64,000 nt of DNA from assembly GCA_016748015.1 (NCBI GenBank), contig JAAOMT010000176.1:496617-560616 (forward strand). The letters run 5' to 3'. How positions within the stretch are numbered: the first letter of the stretch is position 1; each line of letters starts with the position of its first letter. This stretch comes from Geosiphon pyriformis uo1 (taxonomy: Eukaryota; Fungi; Glomeromycota). The notes under the pieces are model-generated. The model made no database searches and had not been told where the DNA came from. It was given only the letters and a program-made list of their open reading frames with translations. Below, one piece after another: positions 39,301-54,000 of the stretch. Made by a program: the position numbers and the translations under genes.

Positions 39301-41748
39301 GGTCCAGTCTAGAGTGGCGTTGGCTTTTGTTAGCCAGTCATTCTCTACTAACGCTTGATATTGTGTAGCGTCCATTACTAATACTTTTGTAGGTATTACT
39401 ATGCCATTAATTTCGAAAGAGAATGAGTCAATTTCGCCATGAGGCAGCTTTGTACTTCCATCAGCTGTTATAATTTGGGACGTTGCAGCACGATCAACTT
39501 TGAAACCCAGTTGGTTTACTAGTTGAAGCGTTATGATGCTTCCAGCGGATCCGCTGTCTAAGATAAGTTTGATTGGAGTATTGTTTACAGTGGCTTCCGT
39601 ATATATAGCAGTGATTGGGCATTTTTTGTCCAATGCTGCTCCACTGAACATAGCCTCATTTTCCTCTAATTCAAAAGGAAAAATAGCTGCGAGGCTGCTA
39701 TCTTTGGTGGCAACTGCTGGTGGTATTGTCTGGCTCAATTTGAAGGAATTCTTGGTTCTGTTTATGTTTCTACCATTATTGTTTCGGATGATCAGATTTT
39801 CTGGTATATTAAGATAAGTTTGTTGATAATTTTGGTAGTTTGGATTGGTTTGCTGATTGGTTCCAGCACGGTTTGGATTCCTCTGGACCAACGTGTTCTG
39901 GTTCCACATGGGCTGATTTCAGGCCTCGGGACGCCAATTTGGGTTGGCTATCATGGGCTGTTGCTGGTAAGCTCCTTGATTTTAATATGTGGTGGGATAT
40001 TGGCATAGTATTGGCGTGTACTGGTTTCTAGGCATTTGGGGTGGCGCGTAGTAATTATTTTCGCATGCTTCCTGCATCATTCGCATTTGACATTGACTAA
40101 TCAAATGTCCTACACATTTGCAAAAATGGCAGGCGCACATTTCTGTTCTGAATTTCTGGTGCGATGAGCGATTATTTTGACTGTTGCTGACTTCCTGGCT
40201 GCGTCTTTGGGGTGGTTGGTATGTATTTTTTCTCGGATCTGGGATGAGGTAACTTTCTATTTTCTTAAAGAGTTCCTTCCCTAATCGCGTTACTCTTTTC
40301 TCTAATGTTTCTGTCTTATTTTCCTCCATTACCATGTTAACCATTTAACTATGGTTAGCTTCTTTCTCAGCCGATTCAAGGGCTCTGGTGAGCGTAACGG
40401 CTTCTGGTAAGGAATTAGGGTGGGCAGAGCGTACTCTTCCTAAAATGCTGCTTTTTAATCCTCTAATAAACTGATTTAAAACCTGAGGATCAGTGTAGTA
40501 TCCTTGTTCAATCACTTCAATCTGACGGCGAATTCAATTGAATCGAGCAAGGTATTGGATAACAGTTTCACCAGTATTTTGCTTGATAGTATTGAATTCG
40601 TTCTGTAGTTGGATTACGGCGTTTGGATCACTAAAATACTCCAGAAGTGCATTTTTAAATTTGGCGAAGCTCGTGGGTTTTGTTTCCAGGCTTTGATACC
40701 ACAAGTCGGCTGTGCCTTTCAGGAAGAAAGGTAATGTTTGAATTGCTCTTTGGTCGTTCCAGTTATTTGCCTGGATGGCTTTTTGTGCTTCTCTGAGCCA
40801 TGTGTGCACATCTGTTTCTTCTTTCTCTCCTGAGAAATCTGTTAGTCTTGTAATGTATGGTGTGGTCATTTCATTGCCGTTTTCTGCTGGTGGGTTTATT
40901 GGTCTAAGAGGAAGTGGAATGATATTTCCTTGAGTGTTTCTAAAAGTGGCTTCCTTTATATCCAGTTCTTTCTCTTGATTACGAGTTTCTTGGTTTCTGG
41001 ACTGGCTGCTTGTTTCAGTGACTGGTCTTGTGATTGTTTTTTCGCTGGTCTCTTTTTCGGATTCCGATTCAGACTCCTCTTCACGGTTTGCAAACCCCGT
41101 TCTAAATTTTGGCTGAAAAAGAGGGTTTTGGAATAGTGATGAATATCCTCCTGTAATTGGTATGTCTTCCCAGTTACATTGTTTAATTTTATCAGTATAA
41201 CTAGGAGTTCTTGGCATTTGTGGAGTTAATGTTGATGATGATGCAGCTCCTAATGGAATTTGTATTTTATTTTCTGGTGAAAAATGGTATGATTTATCTT
41301 CTGGTGAATAAATACGTTGTTTTTTTATTGATTGAGTGACAGTTTTCTTTGGTGTTTGAGCTGGTGTTCCTAGTTTTTGCTGGTTACTTTTCTGATTAGT
41401 TTCTAAATTTTCTTTGGTTTTGTTGGCACGTTCCCTAGTGTTTCCTGTGGATATTGGAAAATTTTCATTGGCGTATTGCTCAATTTCTCGATGGATTTTG
41501 ACAATAGTTGCAGCTATTACTGTTACTTTTTTTGTAGTGTATTGTGATAATTCTCTATACAATCTAAGTTTTGCGTCATGTGGTTCTTCTTCTTTTCTTA
41601 TATGATAATTTATTCTGGCATTTATATAATAAATAAGAGCAGATTCTGCTGGACAACACCCTTCTGGTAATCCAAGATCACTTTGATTTTGTGTGTAAAT
41701 AGCACGGCAGAATTCAAGAACAGTAAGATTAGGGGTTTTTGTCACCAC
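36354..41748 (-). pseudogene. Gag-protease-Cys-rich-dUTPase-RT-RNase H polyprotein, family A copy 2
   Basis: LILDSGSAG protease; dUTPase ~37873-38290 (GGVIDSGYTG, FGFGSTG); RT YLDD; a 20-N gap at 37483-37502 replaces ~330 bp. Confidence 0.93.
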
Positions 41749-41811
41749 TTTTGTCTCTTCCTTTTTAGCAATGAATTATTGCTAATTATTATTTTCTTTT
41801 TGATTTTCTTT

Positions 41812-41828
41812 CTTCGTAGGGTTCACCA
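41812..41828 (-). promoter_or_regulatory. Primer binding site (family A)
   Basis: TGGTGAACCCTACGAAG, 2 nt after the 5' LTR. Confidence 0.85.
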
Positions 41829-41830
41829 AA

Positions 41831-42706
41831 TGTTACGGGATGGTTTTTTTGTTATATTTAATTGCTGATATCCCACTTTAATTGCAATCAGTCTTTTGTG
41901 AGTTCCTCAATTCTATTTGTGTGATAATGTCACTGTTATATTGAAGGCTTTCTTTTTACTGTTGTGATGTAAGTTATTCTTTAATTTTTGATTGTTGTGT
42001 GTGTTTATGTACTTCTTCTCAGAGGCTGAACTGAAATTTACCCACTGTCTGGGGTCTTCTCTGAGGCTATCCTTGCAATTGCCTGATGTGTTTCTCTAAT
42101 CTAGAAACACAGAATGTTAATGGTCTTTTAGCGCTTTTCTAATTCTCACAATAAAGCTTTTATCAATTAGTAACAACGTGAATAATCTTGATCAAGGATT
42201 ATTCTTCCAAGAGATTCAGTTGATGAATAATAGTTTCATTCAATAATTAATACAAGTAAGTTTCTTAATACTTTGGATTGTAATAGTTCAGTTTTAAATA
42301 TTTTTTTCATTTCTTTTTGATTTTAAAAGTTTCTTGGGATATTTAATTTGAAAATATGATTTAAAGTGGAGTTTGTTGGATAAAATTGGATCTATTGCTT
42401 GATAAGTTATGATTTTTATTACTTGATTAATTATTTCCCAATATTAAAACTACTGTATATATACATGTTTGTAGTTCTACGAGAAAACACATTGTAATAC
42501 TTTCTTTTTGATATTTCAATCTGGTGTTTGCTGCTATCACCAGTTGGTGTTGGCTGCTATTGTGAACTGGTGCTTGCCACTATTGCGAGATGGTGTTTGC
42601 TACTATGTTAATCATTACCTTTCTAAGATCATTACTGTGCTATATTATGATTGAATAGTTTGTATTATTTTTATGATTCTTTTTGCTAAATTCTTAAACC
42701 ATAACA
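41831..42706 (-). repeat. 5' LTR, family A copy 2 (876 bp)
   Basis: Direct repeat of 33005-33881. Confidence 0.95.
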
Positions 42707-45004
42707 ACGAAGCTAAATTGAGTTCTATATCTTACTATGGGCTGTAAAACAGCTAATACCAAATAAGAAAATTGCTTGTCCATAATAGCTTTGCACAAAA
42801 CCATGGACAAGAAAAACTTGACATCTGAATTTGCCTTTTTCAAACTTGGACCAGAAAGACCTTTAGTTAACAGAAAAATACCTAGATACTGATGAGCTTT
42901 GCCAGCCTTTGTAATTGAAATTGGAGATCTGCTCACATTCAAGAAGGTGTTGCTAGCCCTTGGGTTAATAGGAATGGCTACTGTCTTCTCTATGTTAATT
43001 GTTATATCCATTAATTCAAAGAACTTACTAGCAATGTCTAAAATATTCTGTGTCATTGTGTGACAATTACCAATTCAAATGGTGTTATCCACGAAAGCAC
43101 CAGCAGCCAAATAAGAAGTCAAACCAGTGTTCGATTTAATTTTGCTCATTCTGGCCACAAATTTGGAATCAATCCAATACCCAAAAAATGACTCATGCTT
43201 TTTCATTTTGCACAACAAAGAATCATAAAAAATTCTCCACAAAAAAGGAGAAAAAACTTCTCCTTGGTCCAGACTATCATGAACTTTGTAACCTTTGGAT
43301 AAACCAAAGTTGGTCATGACTCTATTTATGTGGCCATTGTGAATATTACCAAAAAACTTGACAAACTTCTCACATATTTTGATTCTCTCCAGACTACTTC
43401 TCAAATGCAACTAGTCTACTGAATTATAAGCTTTGTGCATATTTTGAAGCACCAACCAGAGTTCCCTGTCTTTTTCCAGAGCATCTTTTACAACAAATCC
43501 TACAACAAAGATAGGAGACTATGTAAAAATGCTTTTCAACACCAAAAAATTGTCTCCATGCAGAATGTTGTGTATGCTGCAGGCCCTTGAAATGCAATCA
43601 AATAGAATCTTTAAAAAAATTTTCTTAGAGGTTTCAATGAAAGCAATAGGTCTGGTGTTTGTTAGGACTCCTTTCCACTCATAAAGTTTCGGAATTATAG
43701 ATACTTAGGCTTCTCTTCAGGCATCTGGAACAGATTCACATACTAAGCACAAGTTGAGCAGACACAAAAAAAGGACCAGAACAGACTTATCACAGTGTCT
43801 TCACATCTCATTAGAGATATCAGACAAACCAGCAGCTTTTCCATTAGAAAGATTCTTGACCACCAATGAAAACTCATCAAAATCTATTTGCTTCATCATG
43901 CCAGAAAACACATCATCATTGACATGATTGAAAGGAGAAAATTGTACTTGCCAACAGAAAAGCACAGAAGATTTGACTGCACATTCCCTGGTTCAATTTT
44001 CCATAATTCAATCCACCCTGCCCTTGACTAAATCAGGTTCTAAGACCAAATCTCCATTATCAACCAGATGATCCAAAGTGACTTTTCTGAAAGGCTTTTC
44101 CAACACACTTCTGATCATTTGATCTTTGTTGTTTATAAAAGCTTCCATGCACTTATCAATGGCTGCCCAGATCTGTGAATCCTTAGTAGCCTTAGATTCC
44201 AAATACTTGTGAGACCTATATAATTTCTTAAAACATGCTAGCAATTATTCAACCAACACTCTGTCATGACTATTGCCCAAAGAACTCTTGAACTCTACAG
44301 TTTGGTCAAAGTTCAAGTCAATCCATTTATTAACTAGAGCCTAAAATTTTTTCAGATTTTCTGATTTGTATGCATTCAAAATTTTTGTCATTAAGAGTTC
44401 TAGCTTGTAGAAGATGCTATAGTCTTGACCAATCCACAATTACTGGACCGTGTTTTTATGAGAGCAGCTTCTGTTGCAGAATGCACCATTTGACAGAGGA
44501 GTTTCCACATCCCATTGATATCACTTTTAGTGGTGTGGTATTCAAAATCACCAGCTGACTTTGAAGCAGCAGTCAATGATGCATCCCCAAACTTTTTCCA
44601 AATCTTACTACTAATACCACTAACTTTGTATTTCCATTTCTTTTTCATGATTTGTCTGTGTACCAAATTAAGCTGAGAATTGAGAAAGCCTCCTAAACCA
44701 ATGTCTACTGACATGACCAAGTGGTTAGAATCAAAAAACTCAGCCAAACAATAAACTTCTTGGTTAAAAGACAAGCTGCAAAGACTATTACTAACTAATA
44801 TAAAGTCTATGCACTTTTGAACACCTTCCAAATTGGACTATGTGAGAAGTTTGTGCAAAGAAAAACCATGTAAAGAATCAAACAAACCCAAATCCAGACA
44901 TTTCTTGAAGTTTGTACTGCAACCAGAATCATTTTCATTAAAGTCACCACCAAGAACAATAAATAAACTACTATTTAAAGTCTCAGTCATCATAGAATTG
45001 ATGA

Positions 45005-45858
45005 TGTTACAAATGACTATTTGGAATCTTGAGTCAAATAACACACTCATAACTTGGTGCTCAAAAGCTATTTCCATTGATAATGTTCTAAAAGTGTTGT
45101 ATCTGAAGGTGTTGATGGAGTCCTTTGTATAATAGACAGAGATTCAATAGTAATGATATTTGTGTGTTCAGTGGTTTCCTAATTTCTTTCTCAGCTTGGT
45201 GGCCAGATTTATTCTGGCAGTTATGCCCTTTTGGTAAGTTAACTGATAATATATATAAATCTACTCTTATTTCTGGGTTTTTTACCAGACTATCTATGAC
45301 ATTAATAACTCAGCGCTTTTAATTCTCAATTAATTAGTATGCATCACAAAATCAAAGAAAGATAAAAGAGAAAATAAGAAAATAAGCCAAAGCAATTTGC
45401 AAGTTAGTATCCCATTAATAGTCGTGATTAAGAGCTATTGTTTCAGTATGGTTAAGTATCAGTTACTATCAACATGAAGTGTTGATGGTGAAGAATGAAT
45501 TTGATATAGTGAATAATTATTTATTCTTTAGAATTGTGGTAATTAAGCTAAGAATTCTTCTTGTCAATTCTGTCTTTTCTACTTCTAATGCTACTGCTAT
45601 ATATACATATTTGAGATTCCTCAATTCCTCAATTCCTTGCAACAAAAATCCTGGAATTCCTGGAATCCTGCAATTCCTGATGAGAGGAATTCTGGAATTC
45701 TGGAATCCTGTGATTCCTTGTTGGAGAATTCTGAAATTCCTGGAATCCTGCAATTCCTCTGAGAGGAATCTTGGAATTTCACATTTACTACATCTACATC
45801 TGATTGGCTAATATCTACTGGCTAATAATACTATATTTTTTATATTCTATGAGTAACA
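45005..45858 (-). repeat. 3' LTR, family B copy 2 (854 bp)
   Basis: Direct repeat of 54287-55140; PPT adjacent at 45859-45873. Confidence 0.95.
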
Positions 45859-45871
45859 TTATTCTCTTCTT

Positions 45872-46501
45872 TTAATATTAAGCTTTGTCAAAATCTAATT
45901 CCTTTAATTCTTCTTCTTGAATTATTTCTTGAACTTCTTTTTCGAGTATTATTTGTGTTATTTTAGTTTGTAGTTCTTCAAATTGGGCATTGGTTATTTT
46001 TCCCAATTGATTACTCATAACTGTATTCATTGCTATATTGAGTAAGATTTTTGGTCAGTTTTGAAATCCCATATATAACTGGTAAATGGCTTGAGCTTGT
46101 GTGGTTAGATTGTTTTTTCCCACAAATTGTTCCAGTTGTCTCAGTATTGTTGTGTCGAATAACTATTTTGTTTTGTCAATGTACAAATTCTGGATATTTA
46201 CATGTTGTCCCAAGTGGAAATGACAATAGTTTTTCGGAAATTGTTGCGTTCACCAAGTCTAAGTTTCTCTGGTAAGTTCTTGGTATAATCTGACTATTTG
46301 TTGTTCTTTTATGGCCAATTTTATTTTGGTTATAATCTTGTCAACAACATTTTCAAGTCTTTTTTGTGCTTTGTTTTGTGGTAGCTTTGCCATATTTTTG
46401 TAACAAATGGTTTTTTGATTGATTGTAATTTTCATCTTCTGGTGTTGGATTAATTGAAAAATTTGTTGGGCTAATGAATGGATATTGTCCGTAATTTCCA
46501 T
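45872..46501 (-). pseudogene. ORF3 of family B copy 2 (209 aa)
   Basis: MEITDNIHSLAQQ...; same start, length and end as 16583-17212. Confidence 0.8.
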
Positions 46502-46555
46502 TTTTTTTGATCTCTTCTGTCACATTGACCATGTTTTTATATATTTTTTTATTGA

Positions 46556-47938
46556 TCAATTAGATGTGTTGTTGTCAATGATAATGATTGGTTCCAGATC
46601 TTGTGGAATCTTATTTGGTTGGACTAGTATTCTCTGTACTCCTAATTGTGGAATATTACTGGTGAATGATGATGTTATCTGGTGGTATGGTTTCAGTCAA
46701 TCTCCATGTGCTGCTTTGGTCAAGATTTTGTTATTCAATCTTAATTTGTAAGCTTCATTTTCTAGAATTTCTTTTATGTGAAATAATTTGTCTCATTTAA
46801 AGTCAAATTTTCCACTTTATTGTTTTTCCACTTTGGTATGATGTAGTAGTACTTTGTCTCCAATCCTGAATTCAACTGGTTTATCTGGTAGTTGGTTATC
46901 ATGTCTTTTTTTTTGTTTTTCTTGTAATCTTTGTATGTTATCAGCTGTTCTTCGTTATTTGTTTTCTAATGTTTCCATTAAGTTATATGTTTTTCTTAAC
47001 AATGTGTTTTTGAAATTCTCTTCTGTTATTGGTTCGGTTGGATATGTGCTGACTTCTATTTCTACTGGTAGTGTTGCTGTTCTACCATATACTAATTTAA
47101 ATAGTGTTGCTTGTGTAGTATCTTGCTTCATTGTCCAATAAGCAAATAGTACTGATGGTATCAACAAATCCCAATCGTTCTGGTTTTCTTGGCTGAGCTT
47201 AGCTATTGCCTCACACAATGTTCTGTTGAATCTTTCAACTAATCCGTTGGTTTGTGGATGGTATGGTGATGATACTGGTCTCTTAATTCCGAATTTTTGG
47301 CTCAATTCTGTAAATATTCTGTTCACAAAATGAGTTCCTTGGTCTAATAATAATTCTTTTGGACATCCATGTTGACAAATCAAATCCTGATGAATGAATT
47401 TAGCAACAGATTCTACATCCGCTCTTTGAATTGCTTTTACCTCTGACCATTTAGTGAGATAGTCCATGGCTACTGCTATGTATCTGTTTCCTTTGCTGGT
47501 GATTGTTAATGGTCTGACTAAATCAATTCCAATACAGTCGAATGGTTGTTCCACTTTGATTGGTCTTAATGGTTCACTGAGTCTTGTTTCTTCTCTTCAC
47601 TGACAAGCATCACAATTTTGAACATATTGAATGATGTCTGGATACATCGATGGCCAATAGTATTTTTTTCTGGTTCTTTCTATGGTTGCTTCTTTGTAAA
47701 AATGTCCTGCTGTTGGATTTGAGTGCATGTTGAATAATATTGTCTCTTTTTCTGGCTCTGTAATTACTCTGGTTGGTTGATCTGAATCTTTTCTATTTTT
47801 CCAATAAAGTATATTTTGGTGAGTAATAAAATATTTTGATTGTTGTTTGATACTCTTTCATTCCATTTGAGATAAATTCTTCTTGAACTGTTGAGTGTTT
47901 ATATAATGTTGAAGTTGTTGATATTTTTGTATGTTCAT
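46556..47938 (-). pseudogene. DDE integrase, separate ORF with own ATG (~460 aa)
   Basis: MNIQKYQQLQHY start; IGIDLV, DQGTHF, YHPQTNGLVERFNRTL. Confidence 0.9.
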
Positions 47939-48001
47939 CTTTTATTATATTTTTCGTTGGTATTGTTCTGGTTTTGTTATATTTTTGGGTTCAAAATGTT
48001 C

Positions 48002-51000
48002 TTAGATTTGTCTTATTTGCAACAAACCATTAGCATTTCCGTTGTCTTTTCCTTTCTTATAGTGTATAGTATAAGTATATTGTGAGAGTGCTATTTTCCA
48101 TCTGGATTGGTGGTCATCATCATATTCTTGCTTTTGAAGTAATGTTAATCTTTTATGATCCGTGTATATATTAAATTTTTGGCTCAAGTATTTGTTTCAC
48201 TTTATGACTGCCCAGTATATCAATAAGTGTTCTTGTTCTGGTGTTCCATAGTTCTTTTCGGCTGGTGTTAAACCTCGGCTGGCATATGCTACTGGATGTT
48301 TTCTGCCATCTGGTCCTCTCTGAGATAGTACTGCTTCCAATGCTTGGCCGAATGCATTAGTGGTGATGATGAATAGTTTGCTGTAATCTGAATAGATTAG
48401 TACTGGAGCTTGAATAAATTTTCTTTTCAGAATATCAAAAGCTTCTTGTTAACTTTCTGTCTATTCATATTTTGTATTCTTGGTTTGCAGTTGGTTGAAT
48501 GGCCATGCTATCTTGGAAAAGTTCTTAATAAAACGTCAATAATAGCTGGCAAATCCCAAGAATGATTTCAGTTCTGTTATATTGGTCAGTACTGGAAAGT
48601 TCTTTACTATTTCTATTTTCTCTGGATTCATTTTGATGCCATCTTTGCTGATTATGTGTCCCAAGAATTTTAGTTCTGTCTTGCCAAAGAAGCACTTTGT
48701 TGCATTTAACTTTAGTTCTGCTCTTCTTAGCCTTTCGAACACTTGTTCAAGATGATGAAAATAATCATCAAATGTTTTTGAGAATACATTGGTGTTGTCC
48801 AAGTATACAACTACTGATTTCCACAATAAACCAGTATAAATGATTTCCATTAGCTGTTGGAAAGTCACTGAGGCATTGGTTAAGCCGAATGGCATTACTT
48901 GAAATTCGAAATTCTCTTCTCTTGTGGTGAATGCTGTTTTCTCTTTGTTGACTGGATCCATGGCTACTTGCCAGTAACCACTGTCCAGGTCTAATGTTGA
49001 AAACCATTTGTTTCCACCGAAAGCATCGAATAATTCTTAGATCCGTGGAGTGGGGTAGCTATCTCCATAAGTTACTCCATTGAGTTTTCTATAATCCACA
49101 CAAAAGCAAATTTTCCCATTCTTTTTTCAGACGAGTACCACTGGTGAATACTATGGGCTTATTGATGGCTGAATTAGTCCATTGTCAAGCATTTGGTTTA
49201 TTTCTTAATGAATAATCTTGTGGCTAGCTGGTGGTACTCTGTATGCTCTTTGTTTAATTGACATTGCATCTCCAGTCTTGATCTGATGCTAGATGATGTC
49301 AGTTTGGCCAAACTTGTTTTCACTGGCAAAAATGTCATTGAAATTGTTGAGCAACATCTTGAGCTGCATACATTGGAGTAGATCTAAGTTTCTTATGTTC
49401 ATTTGTTCCAATTGTTCTGATTGAAGCAAATAATATTTGCTTTGTCTGTATATTATTTGTGATGTGATATTGACATATTCACAAAGCTATAGAAAGTCCA
49501 GAATGGTGCTTGGTGGTTGATCCTCTATTTCAATGCTTAAATATTCAATGATGGTTCTGGCTGGTATTACTATGACATTTCCTGTGTTATTGTAGATGGA
49601 AATTTTGATGTGGCTGTAATCTTTGGCTGGTATATGGAGATTGATGAGTCCAATCTCTCCTGATTTACAAAGGGTTAGTTCTGCTTCAAAAATCTGATTC
49701 TGTTCTTTTATCTCCCACTTTATTTCTATTATGTACTGGCTATATGGTGGAATGGAAATGTTTTGACCTATTGAGATAATTTTCCCTTGGTCAACAATTT
49801 TTTCTTCTGCCATATTGACTGGTACATCTTCTCTACCTGTTAATCCGAATCCCTGTATTCCTCTTACTGTTATTTCTAATTCCTTCCTCTTTCTCACTGA
49901 TATTAACTGAGCTACTCTAATCAGAGACAGAAATATTGCCTGTGCTATCTTTTTGTTGGGCTCTATTATATAGGCCTTATCTGAGTCATTTTGTAGCATA
50001 GCGATGATATTTTCTATATATCCCATGTCAATTATTCCTCCTCTTATATTAATTCTTTTTTTTGCTAAACTACTCCTAGATGCTAATTGAATCATTGTTG
50101 TTGCTGGAATTTCCAGTGCTATTTTCAAATCAATGCAAATGTGCGTATGTGGTTCCAATTTGATGGGTTCTGTTTCCAGATATCTCAGATCAAATTCTGC
50201 ATCAGTATTGTGCACATGTTCTGACATAATATCTTTATTGTTATTACTGAACCATTTCAGTTCCTGTTCCTTGGCGAGATCAAAAAGCACAATACATTGT
50301 TCATAATTTGAATCTGAGTTTGAATCTGAGTTTTTTTTGTTGCCATATTGAACTGAACTGGAACTGGTGTTTTTGTCATTGTCGTTGTCAGAGTTTGAAT
50401 CAGGATTGAAAATCAATTCCAATTTTGATGTGCAGTTGCTGATTGGTTCAATTTTCTCTGGGATGGTATATATTATACATAGTAGTGGATTGTAGATAAG
50501 GTCACAATTGTCACAATATTTGAAGTCACTGGGAATTAGGCAATAGCAACACAGCTTTGTATTCAACTGTGCTAGCCGTTGTTCTTGCTTCTTTCTCATG
50601 GGTGCCAGATTCTGGTAGTGTTCGTGGAATTGCTCGGAATCATCTTCAACATTATTGAAAATGTCAAAAGTCACAATGTACTCGGGTTTAGAAAGAGTAA
50701 GTGGGTTGTTTTTGATTTTCAGTAGTTCACTAATTGTCGCATCTTCTGCTATGGCACTGGCCATTCTCCAGATTTTATGTTCGTCATGCGAATACCTCCA
50801 AATGTCACAATGCTCTTTTTCAAGCATTGTCGATGGGAGTTTTTTTACATATCCAATCATTTATTAAAATGGTATACTGGCATGTTTCATCACATGCTCC
50901 TCTACATCCAGGAATGTTGTTCCATATTTTTTCAACTAAGAGAGTCTCTCCACAAGCTAGACATGGTGTATTATCCTATTTTTCTACTCGTTTTGGTCTT

Positions 51001-54000
51001 CCAAAACATTCTAGGATGCATGGGCAGCAATAGAATTTAGTTGTCATTGAATATTCCTCATCATTGCCACAGCATACACCCATTGACGACAATTTCTTGC
51101 CACAATCAATGCATATCAGTTTGGGTCGGTGATAGGTTGATAATTGTTGTTGACTGTAAGTGTATGGGATATAAGTGTTGTTGGCTTGAGTGTTTTCTTC
51201 CTCCTTTTTTTTCCCTTTTTCTTTTTTTTCTTTCCACTTCCAACTCAATGGTTTTTTCTGTTTATTATTGGTCCAGGTCAAATTGTCTATCTCCTAGATC
51301 AGTTCTTCTTTTTGCTTTCCCTTAGAGTTGTCGTTCCATAAGAGTATCAGCAGCAGTTTGTTGTGGTCTGGGTTGGCCCACAAGACTTGGTAGGCTTCCC
51401 AGGTAGGTTTTGTCTCTTCTTTTTTGAAATCAATTAGTGGTGCTAATGAGTTGGTGGTTTTGAAGTGGCTACACATGGCTGGTATCCGTGTGTGTTGTCT
51501 GTTCTGACTGAGCTGGAGTTCTTGCATGGTTCAGTCGAGCACAGTGTTGGTTTTGACTAGCCAATTATTACCAACTAGTGCTTAGTACTGAGTTGCTTCC
51601 ATCACCAAGATCTTAATAGAAGTAACAATACTATTGACTTCACTTAGGAAGTCATCAATTTCACCAATAGACATTTTCATGGCACCATCTGCAGTGATAA
51701 TTCTAGCACTAACAGCTCGATCAACTCAGTGACTTAATTGATCCATGAGTTGCTTGGTGATAATGCTGCCTGCTGAACCACTATTAAGGATGAGTTTGAT
51801 AGGGTGTTCATCTACTTTCACATCAGTGTACATCACTGTGATAAGTTTCTTCTCAAGAGCGGCTCTACTGAATAATAATAATTGGGATGGTTCCTTAAGT
51901 TCAAAAGAGAAGATGACTGCTAATGATTCATCATTGGTGACAGTGGCTGGAGATATGTTGCTGGTAAGTGTCACTTGTTGGTTGGTTTCTGAATTGTTGG
52001 AAGTGGCATCTTTTAGGGTAACCAGGAGACTTAAATAGTTCTGAGAATTCGGGTTTTGGGTGGAACTGGTACCCAAATTCCGAGAGTGTAATCCAGCTGG
52101 TTGATGATAGGAGTTGGGAATTGGTTGGTGGACAACCATTGCTAATCTCCAGTTTTGAGTGATTCTAGGTTTTGGGTTTCTTGATGTCATAATAGCTGAG
52201 TTTTGGGGCAGTGTTTAAATTTGTTGGGATTGATAGATCACTTAAAATAGTGGCTGATAGATTACTTGTGGCTGCAGTAAATAAATGGTTGGGCTTTGAT
52301 ACACTAGAGATTGATATACTGGTGGTTGATAAATTGGTTGCTGCGTCATTGGTAGATAAGTGGTTTAATATTGTGTTGAGTTTGATTGATGATTCAGAGT
52401 TGAGAACTGGTGATTGGAGTTTTGATATTGATTTCCCAATCATTGGTTATTTAAATACTGGCAGCAATCAATTTGAATATGTCTTTGTTTACCACAATAG
52501 TGGCAGATACGCATTTCCTGTTGCCACTGTTAATTGGTCAATGAAGATGGACATAGTTGATTTTGGGCATGATTAGGGTTTCCTTGATTATTATGTCATT
52601 GTAGAGGCTAATAAATAGCATGATTGTTAGCTAAGTATCCTTCCAATCTTTTATTAATTGATTTACTGAACTTCCCCAATTTGGAATCCAATTCAGATGA
52701 TCTGTTCATTATTAGATTAATGGCTTGGGTATGGTTGGCCTCTGACTCAGTGGATTCAAAATCTCTGGCACATGTGACTGCATCTTAAAGTGTGCCTGGA
52801 TGCAATGGATATACATGTTACAAGATGCTGCTGCACAGGCCATGGATAAACTGGTTGAAGATTTGTGGTGCTGTGAAATAGTTGGTGTTAATTGCTTGAA
52901 TTTGGTGCAGATTTCAATGGAAGCATCCCAGATAAGTGGTGACTGCTTCAGTTTCTCTTTATTTCATGGTGGCAAATGTATTGACTAGTCGATTGATGCT
53001 GTTATTGTTGCTGAAGTATCTTAAGAATTCCACTTTGAAGGCATTGAAATCTTGTGGTTTATTAATCAAGCTCTAATACCATGAATTGACAGTATTCTTG
53101 AGAAAGTAGGGAATGGCTTGTATTGCTCAGGCGTTATTTCATCTATTGGCTGTAATGGTCTTTTCTATATCATTCAGCCATACTTGAGCATCGTTCTCTT
53201 TATTGGTAAAGTTGTCAAGTTTTGCAATTGGTGCGTAGGTCATTGGATCTAAGTTGGGTGGTTGTGGTGGCTGTTGAAGCAATTGTTGTTGTACTGATTA
53301 TTGGGGTGGTAATTGAAGTGGCTGCTGTATGGGTTTGGCTATGGAATTAATTGGCAGTTGATTGATGATGATTACCAGAGATAAGTTTTGCTGATTAATT
53401 AATTCGGGGTTTGGATTGTTCTGCCTTTGATGATTTGGAGTTTTGATTTCCAAATTTTTTAGATTTAGATTTTGCTGAGTTTGAAGATTCGGGGTTTCAA
53501 CTTCCGGGTTTTCAGTGATTGGGTGCTGGTAAGTGAATTCTTGATCTTCTGATTTTTTTTCCTTTTTTTCTGATTCTATTACTTCTCACAGATCAGAAAT
53601 TCCGAAATCTGATAAAGGCAGTAGTAATCGAAGTTTTGATGGGGTTGATGATCGCGAATTAAATTCTTTAAAGTATTCACCATATGGTCCTAATAATTCT
53701 GTTTTTTTTTGTCTACTTTGGAATGGAAATCGTCCAAATGCTGATGTCGCAGTTGATGGGAATGCATTTGTTGATAATATGTTGATGGCACTTCTGGGTG
53801 TATAGTGGTAGGATGGGTTGCTTGGGGATTCAATTCTGTTTTTCTTCTAAGTAGATGGTTGTATTTTTCTGAATGTTACTGCTGGTGTTTGTAGTTTTTT
53901 TTTGCCTTTACTAGCGTATGTAATTGGATATCTTTGTTGGGTGTGATGTTCAATTTCTTTGTTGATCTCAGTGATGATGGATGCAAAATTATGATTTGTT

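Larger units (their letters stand above)
33005..42706 (-). mobile_element. Full-length Ty3/gypsy LTR retrotransposon, family A copy 2
   Basis: LTRs 33005-33881 and 41831-42706; TSD ACAA/ACGA (one transition); PBS, PPT and all domains. Confidence 0.97.

Noticed and set aside
45479-45811. 110-aa antisense ORF repeated at 54761-55093 and partly at 17322-17588
   Set aside because: Recurs only because it lies in the LTR. It spans low-complexity repeats, has a non-ATG start, has few stop-prone codons, and is not reported by the ORF track in the 7884 LTR.
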